The position numbers and the translations under genes were made by a program. A DNA stretch of 64,000 bases. Origin: Verrucomicrobiales bacterium. Lineage in GTDB: Bacteria > Verrucomicrobiota > Verrucomicrobiia > Verrucomicrobiales > V1-33. The stretch is taken from contig JANOAV010000181.1 in assembly GCA_031411295.1 (NCBI GenBank), positions 33,446-97,445 of the forward strand, given 5' to 3'. Position 1 is the stretch's first letter; every line of letters begins with the position of its first letter. A model generated the notes under the pieces. The model did no database searches. It had not been told where the DNA came from and saw nothing but the letters and a program-made list of their open reading frames with translations. Below are positions 58,712 through 64,000 of this stretch, in pieces.

Positions 58712-59311
58712 ATGAGCACAGACTGGGAGTTACAATACCAAAAACGCGAAACGCCTTGGGATAAACAAGCGGCGCACCCCTTTATTCAAGAGCGGAAGTG
58801 GACCGAACGAGGTGGGAATTGGCTAGTTCCTGGGTGTGGCTACGGGGATGATCTCGTGGCTTTGCTGGATGCTGGTGCGGACCGTGGATTGGGGATGGAC
58901 GTGGCTCCGAGTGCTATTGCAGGCGCCAAACTCCGGCACGAAGGCCGCTCTGAACTAACTTTTGCTTTGGGTGATTTCTTCGCCATGCCCACAGACGAGC
59001 GGGCGGGCACGTTCGATGGATTATGGGAGCATACCTGCTTCTGCGCCATCCAGCCGCAGGATCGGGTGCGGTATGTGGCCGCCGCCGCCGCTGCGCTGCG
59101 GCCCGGCGGGTTGTTGGTGGCATGCTTTTATATGAATCCCTGGGATCCGGACGAAGATCAAACGCAAGGGCCGCCGTTCCGCTCTGAAGTGGCAGAACTC
59201 GATGCATTGTTTGAAAAATATTTTGTCTTGGAGCGGGAAATGGTCCCGAGTGCCACGCACCCCGGTCGGGAGGGTCGTGAACTGGTGAGATTTTTGCGTC
59301 GCATAGCCTAA
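58712..59311 (+). CDS. SAM-dependent methyltransferase, thiopurine/thiol (TPMT/HMT-like) family
   Basis: TPWD, LVPGCGYG, GDFF, EHTCFCAI, GPPF motifs. Confidence 0.85.
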   Translation: MSTDWELQYQKRETPWDKQAAHPFIQERKWTERGGNWLVPGCGYGDDLVALLDAGADRGLGMDVAPSAIAGAKLRHEGRSELTFALGDFFAMPTDERAGTFDGLWEHTCFCAIQPQDRVRYVAAAAAALRPGGLLVACFYMNPWDPDEDQTQGPPFRSEVAELDALFEKYFVLEREMVPSATHPGREGRELVRFLRRIA

Positions 59312-59429
59312 CCAAGTGGGTTGGAGAAAACGAGGAAACCAACGGTGCGAGAAAGCGTTTGCAGGAAACTTGCTCTCCTCTTATGAACTGGCTGTAATTG
59401 TCCCCCCCGAAAAACGTCAACCTATCTGA

Positions 59430-60338
59430 ATGATCCACTCACCACTGAGAAACCGTGCCCCTGAGAACGGTGCTGCGCTGCCACCTGCGGTGATTGACCG
59501 GAATCGGGCACTCTTGTTGGAAGCGGATAGTCACAGCTATAAAACCCTCGGTGAGACTGAGTTGGACGCCTACGTTTTCCCTCCAGAGGTCGATACCCCC
59601 GCAGCCGGGCCAGCCGGCCGGCCGGCCATCGCATTTTTCTACAGCAGCGGTTGGGACAGCGGTTTGCTCAGTCAGTTTGCACCCCATTGCATGTATTTTC
59701 GTCATCGGGGCATGGTGGCCTTTCTGTTTGACTATCGGGTAGCATCTCGCCATGGCACCGGGCCGGTGGAAGCGATGGCGGATGCCCGTTCAGCCCTGCG
59801 TTGGATCCGTCTGAATGCTGCGGACTTAGGAGTGGATCCTGACCGCATTGTGGCCGCTGGAGGATCCGCTGGAGCGCAGATCGCCCTTTCGGCCGCCATG
59901 TTGGACGGGTTTGATGACTCGGGGGACGATGCTTCCATCTCCTGCCTCCCCAATGCTCTGCTCCTGTTCAATCCAATCCTGGATACCACTCGCAAGGGCG
60001 CAGAATTGGAGAAGTTTCCTGATAAGAAGCAGGCCAAGGCGGCCAGTCCCATTCACCACTGCAAGAAGCGGCTGCCTCCGATGATGCTGTTCCACGGCAC
60101 GGCAGATCGAGTTGTGCCCTATGAACTTTCCCGCAAATTCGTCAGCAAAATGCGCTGGCGTGGGAACGACTGCAGGCTGACGACCTACGAGGGGTGTGGC
60201 CATGGATTCTTCAATTTCAATGTGGATGCCGGCCTCTATGAGCTTACCCTCAACGCGGCGGATGCTTTCCTCGTTGACCGTGGTTTCCTGCCGCCGCCGC
60301 CCGAAGCTGATTCCGAGCCACGGTTGGCCAACTATTGA
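59430..60338 (+). CDS. Alpha/beta hydrolase (esterase/lipase)
   Basis: DYR, GGSAG nucleophile, HGTADRVVP, GHGFFN triad motifs. Confidence 0.85.
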   Translation: MIHSPLRNRAPENGAALPPAVIDRNRALLLEADSHSYKTLGETELDAYVFPPEVDTPAAGPAGRPAIAFFYSSGWDSGLLSQFAPHCMYFRHRGMVAFLFDYRVASRHGTGPVEAMADARSALRWIRLNAADLGVDPDRIVAAGGSAGAQIALSAAMLDGFDDSGDDASISCLPNALLLFNPILDTTRKGAELEKFPDKKQAKAASPIHHCKKRLPPMMLFHGTADRVVPYELSRKFVSKMRWRGNDCRLTTYEGCGHGFFNFNVDAGLYELTLNAADAFLVDRGFLPPPPEADSEPRLANY

Positions 60339-60378
60339 CCACACCGCCTCCGCTGCGATTCCCGTTACGCCCTACTCG

Positions 60379-61188
60379 ATGAAAATCATTCGCTATCAAA
60401 CCACCTCTGGAGCGGTTCGCTATGGATCTCTCCAACCGGACGGGACCGCGTTGCCATTTCTGGAACAAGATTTGTTTGGCGCCCGAGCGACTGCGGCCGA
60501 GCCCCAGGCGGTGGCCAAGCTATTGGCTCCGATCGAACCACCCAGCATCCTCTGCATCGGATTAAACTATCGCCAGCATGCCGCAGAGGGCAATCAGCCG
60601 ATCCCGCCCTTCCCCGTGCTCTTCATGAAATCTCCCGCCGCCGTGCAGGATCCCGGTGGCCCCATCGTGCTACCCCGCCATTTGCGCAGTGACCGGGTGG
60701 ATTACGAATGTGAGCTGGCGGTCGTTATCGGCAAACGCTGCAAAAATGTCTCCACCGCCGACGCCTTGGATTACGTGCTCGGCTACACCGCCGCCAACGA
60801 CGTGAGTGCGCGCGATTGGCAGCGCGAGTGGGGCAGTAATCAATGGTGTCGGGCGAAGACCTTCGACACATTCTGCCCGCTGGGGCCGTGTCTGGTGACG
60901 ACGAATGAGATGCCGAATCCTAACGCCCTCCAGATTCGCACCGTGCTCAACGGTGAGGTCATGCAGGATTGGAACACCAATGACATGATCTTCGATGTGC
61001 CCACCCTGATCACTTTCCTCAGTGGTAGCACCACCCTGCTGCCCGGAACCGTGATTCTCACCGGCACGCCCCATGGAGTGGGCTTTGCCCGCAAACCTCC
61101 AGTGTATCTGCAACCGGGTGATTCTGTCACCGTCGAGGTGGAGGGTATCGGCTTGCTGACGAATCCCGTGGTGGCAGAGGCGGGCTAG
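60379..61188 (+). CDS. Fumarylacetoacetate hydrolase family protein
   Basis: Likely start MKIIRY; CIGLNYRQH, DYECELAVVIG, NDVSARD, KTFDTFCPLGP, ILTGTPHGVG. Confidence 0.9.
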   Translation: MKIIRYQTTSGAVRYGSLQPDGTALPFLEQDLFGARATAAEPQAVAKLLAPIEPPSILCIGLNYRQHAAEGNQPIPPFPVLFMKSPAAVQDPGGPIVLPRHLRSDRVDYECELAVVIGKRCKNVSTADALDYVLGYTAANDVSARDWQREWGSNQWCRAKTFDTFCPLGPCLVTTNEMPNPNALQIRTVLNGEVMQDWNTNDMIFDVPTLITFLSGSTTLLPGTVILTGTPHGVGFARKPPVYLQPGDSVTVEVEGIGLLTNPVVAEAG

Positions 61189-61402
61189 CGTGCATTTCTT
61201 CCAGATTCTGCTGCGGCTTGATCTTGTTTGATTTACCTGCGTTGCATTTGGTAACTCCTTGGGTCAGCAGAATGGAAGACAAAGGAAGAGGGATGGCGGC
61301 GGATTCAGCCCAGCTCCCCCTCCGAGAGAGTTTCATTTACCTCAAATTCTGTAGCCCCGGGAAACCACTCCGCAGCAGCATGCAGAAAATTCTGATTTGC
61401 GC

Positions 61403-62464
61403 TCATCCCACTCCCCGTTGCAGATCCCGCAAGACCCGCAGTTCTCCGGCATCGACACCTTTGAGTTTCCTCGCCCCGGTCTTTCGATGCTTCCCAAACC
61501 GATCCCTCACCGACTCAAACACTGCATTGATAAATCCAGCACTGCCGAAAATCCCGCCCCGCGTGAAATAGTTCACCTTCAGCCGCAGCATCTGCCCCTG
61601 AGACAGCTTCCCGCCCTCCGCATGAACCTTCTCGATTTCCTCCAACCTAAATCCAGCCCGCGCCGGAGAAACATCGCTCCCATGAACCTCCTGGCCTTCT
61701 CCAAAAAGCCACAACCGATACCGTGCAGCCACCAATTCCCAAGGTGCCGATGCCTCCGGTCCCTTCGAATGCGCAGCCTCCACGCCTAAAATTTTACCAA
61801 CAATCGCCAGCCCCGCCCGCGCCTTCGCGCCCAGCGCCCCCGCCATGGCCTCCCCATAGCCGCTCCAAAGATAATCCGCCGGATCCTCCACCAGCTTCGC
61901 CCGCACCGGATTCAAATCAATATACGCCGCCATCGTCGCCAAGCTCGGCCCTGCCCCCTCCACCAACACACTGCGAAACGCCTCCTCCCACAACGTCCCC
62001 TGACGCCCGTTCCGCTTGTTATACCAAGCCGAAAACGCCTGCTTCACATTCTGCATGAAGCAGCTCACGCTAAACATCCGCTTTTCATAACTCGCCATAA
62101 CCTCGGCAATCACCGCCTCACAACCATTTTCCCGATACATCTCAAACAGCCGCCGAAATTCATCCGCCTTCCCCATACCAAGACTCCGTTGAATGTGCCG
62201 CAACCATGCCCCCTCCGTAAACAACGGTCCATCGACCGCCGGACGCGGCGGCACCTCCACCAGAATATGGAAATGGTTACTCATGATGCAATAGGTCACC
62301 ACCCGCAGCCCACCCAGCGCCTCATACCGTCGCATCTGCTTAATCAACTCCTCCCGCTCCGCCGCCTCCAAAATAAACCGCCGATCCACCACCCTGGAAG
62401 TGACATGATAATACGCCACCGATTCAAGCTCAGCAGGACGGAAACGATAACGGGAAGTAGGCAT
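61403..62464 (-). mobile_element. Y1 HUH transposase (IS200-like / REP-associated tyrosine transposase type), long form
   Basis: YYHVTSRVVDR, MSNHFHILV (HUH), GTLWEEAFRSVLVE, YIDLNPVRA (catalytic Tyr), YLWSGY. Confidence 0.85.
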
Positions 62465-62691
62465 GAGGCATCAGTGGTCGAAACTCAAGCGCGCGCAAGT
62501 GCTTTCCAATTAAAATGTCCGATGAATAAAAGTAAAGCTATTTCATAAATAATACGTCTGAAGTATAAAAGAAGAAAGCATAATTGAGGAGGCGTGGAGG
62601 CCTAATCGTGGCAGGGTAGCAAGATGGCAGATGCTGCTGGGGCTTAAATTTCCCTTTGGCCTTTGGCAAAGCTCAACCATCATTCCACGCT

Positions 62692-63972
62692 ATGGATCTC
62701 TCTTTCTCTCAACTTGGCAATAAACTCGGTGGCCCGTGTGGCATTCTGGAATTGATGGACGACTTGGGTCGCGCCCTCACGACCGATCCTGCCATGCGTA
62801 TGATGGGCGGGGGGAATCCCGCTCACGTTCCCGTTGTGCAAGCCATCTGGCGGGAACGCATGGCGGAAATGCTGGCCGATGGAGCGGCGTATGACCGGAT
62901 GCTGGCGAATTACGATCCGCCCCAAGGGAATCCAGCGTTTATCGCAGCGCTGGCGACATTCCTCGCTGAGCAATGCGGGTGGCCGATTACTTCTGCTAAC
63001 TTGGCCGTCACCTCGGGAGGACAGAGCGCGTTCTTTTTCCTTTTCAACTTGCTCGGCGGAAAATCCCCCGAAGGCATCCACCGGAAAATTCTGCTGCCGC
63101 TGGTGCCGGAATACATCGGCTACGAAAACCAAGGCACCGGGCCGGATTGGTTCGTGGCCTGCGAACCGATCATCGACCAGCTCAGCGCGCACGAATTCAA
63201 ATATCGCGTGAATTTCCCCGCCGTGGAGCAGGTGCTGCGGACCCAGGCCATTGCCGCCATCTGCGTCTCCCGGCCCACCAATCCTACCGGAAATGTGCTC
63301 ACTGATGAAGAGATCGCCCGTCTCTCTGCGCTCGCGATCGAACACAAGGTGCCGCTCATTATCGACAATGCCTACGGTCTGCCGTTTCCCGGGGCCATCT
63401 TCGTCGAGGCCCAACCGTTCTGGAACGAACAGACGATCCTAACGCTAAGTTTATCGAAACTAGGGCTCCCCGGCACGCGCACAGGCATCGTCGTCGCCCG
63501 CCCGGAAATTGCCCAGGCCATTGCGGCCATGACCAGCGTCATTGGCCTGGCCAATACGAATTTGGGGCAGGCGCTCACGCTGCCATTATTGCAGAGTGGA
63601 GAGCTGAAGCGGATCAGCAGTGACATCATTCGGCCCTTCTATGAAGCGCGTTCCGTCCAAGCCCAGGCTTGGATGCACGAGTATTGCGCCGAGCGTTTTC
63701 CTTATGCCATTCACAAGAGCGAGGGCGCTTTTTTCCTCTGGCTTTGGTTTCCTGAACTGCCCGTCACGAGCCGGGAGTTGTATGAAATCCTCAAGCAGCG
63801 AAAAGTGCTCGTCGTGCCGGGTGAGTATTTCTTCTTCGGTCTCAGCCCAGAGCAAGCCGACTGGCCGCACCGTCGCCAATGCCTTCGCATGACTTTCTCC
63901 CAGTCCCCGGAAATTGTCCGTGAGGGCATCCAGATCATCGCTGATACCGTGGCTGAGTTGAGCCATGCTTGA
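62692..63972 (+). CDS. avtA: Valine--pyruvate aminotransferase
   Basis: GILELMDDLG, GGGNPAH, YDPPQG, PEYIGY, SRPTNPTGNV, IDNAYGLPFP, SLSKLGLPGTRTGI; likely ATG at 62692. Confidence 0.88.
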   Translation: MDLSFSQLGNKLGGPCGILELMDDLGRALTTDPAMRMMGGGNPAHVPVVQAIWRERMAEMLADGAAYDRMLANYDPPQGNPAFIAALATFLAEQCGWPITSANLAVTSGGQSAFFFLFNLLGGKSPEGIHRKILLPLVPEYIGYENQGTGPDWFVACEPIIDQLSAHEFKYRVNFPAVEQVLRTQAIAAICVSRPTNPTGNVLTDEEIARLSALAIEHKVPLIIDNAYGLPFPGAIFVEAQPFWNEQTILTLSLSKLGLPGTRTGIVVARPEIAQAIAAMTSVIGLANTNLGQALTLPLLQSGELKRISSDIIRPFYEARSVQAQAWMHEYCAERFPYAIHKSEGAFFLWLWFPELPVTSRELYEILKQRKVLVVPGEYFFFGLSPEQADWPHRRQCLRMTFSQSPEIVREGIQIIADTVAELSHA

Positions 63973-64000
63973 TTGGTAGCAGTCAATTGAGAGGTGGTCC

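Overview
Bacterial DNA with a gene repertoire typical of Verrucomicrobiota/PVC (DUF1501, PSD1-type cytochrome c protein, sulfatases, CotH/lamin-tail surface proteins, Hanks kinase); the taxonomy is inferred from gene families only. Left to right: the 3' part of a CotH-kinase surface protein; a DUF1501/TolB-like/lipoprotein/PSD1 run interrupted by a vapBC toxin-antitoxin pair; a VIT-DUF2135 protein; two sulfatases; a glycogen branching enzyme; a CLC-F-type fluoride exporter; a copper-oxidase cluster (multicopper oxidase fused to a redoxin domain, DJ-1/PfpI, a Tat tyrosinase broken by an in-frame TGA, a lipoprotein); an Rrf2 regulator; a ~30 kb minus-strand block of five large secreted modular proteins, a Ser/Thr kinase, a GT25 glycosyltransferase, a small Gly-run-tailed protein and a C39-like peptidase; then housekeeping-like genes, a Y1/RAYT-type transposase and avtA. 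No rRNA, tRNA or CRISPR array was seen. Best leads: (1) a possible glycosylated-peptide (RiPP-like) module, (2) a C-terminal domain shared by six otherwise different secreted proteins (candidate sorting signal), (3) a fixed-spacing ECF-like promoter motif found three times upstream of the two largest genes, (4) local ori-like GC-skew flips at intergenic/insertion sites, (5) REP-like doublet mosaics. All domain calls are by motif recognition, not database search.
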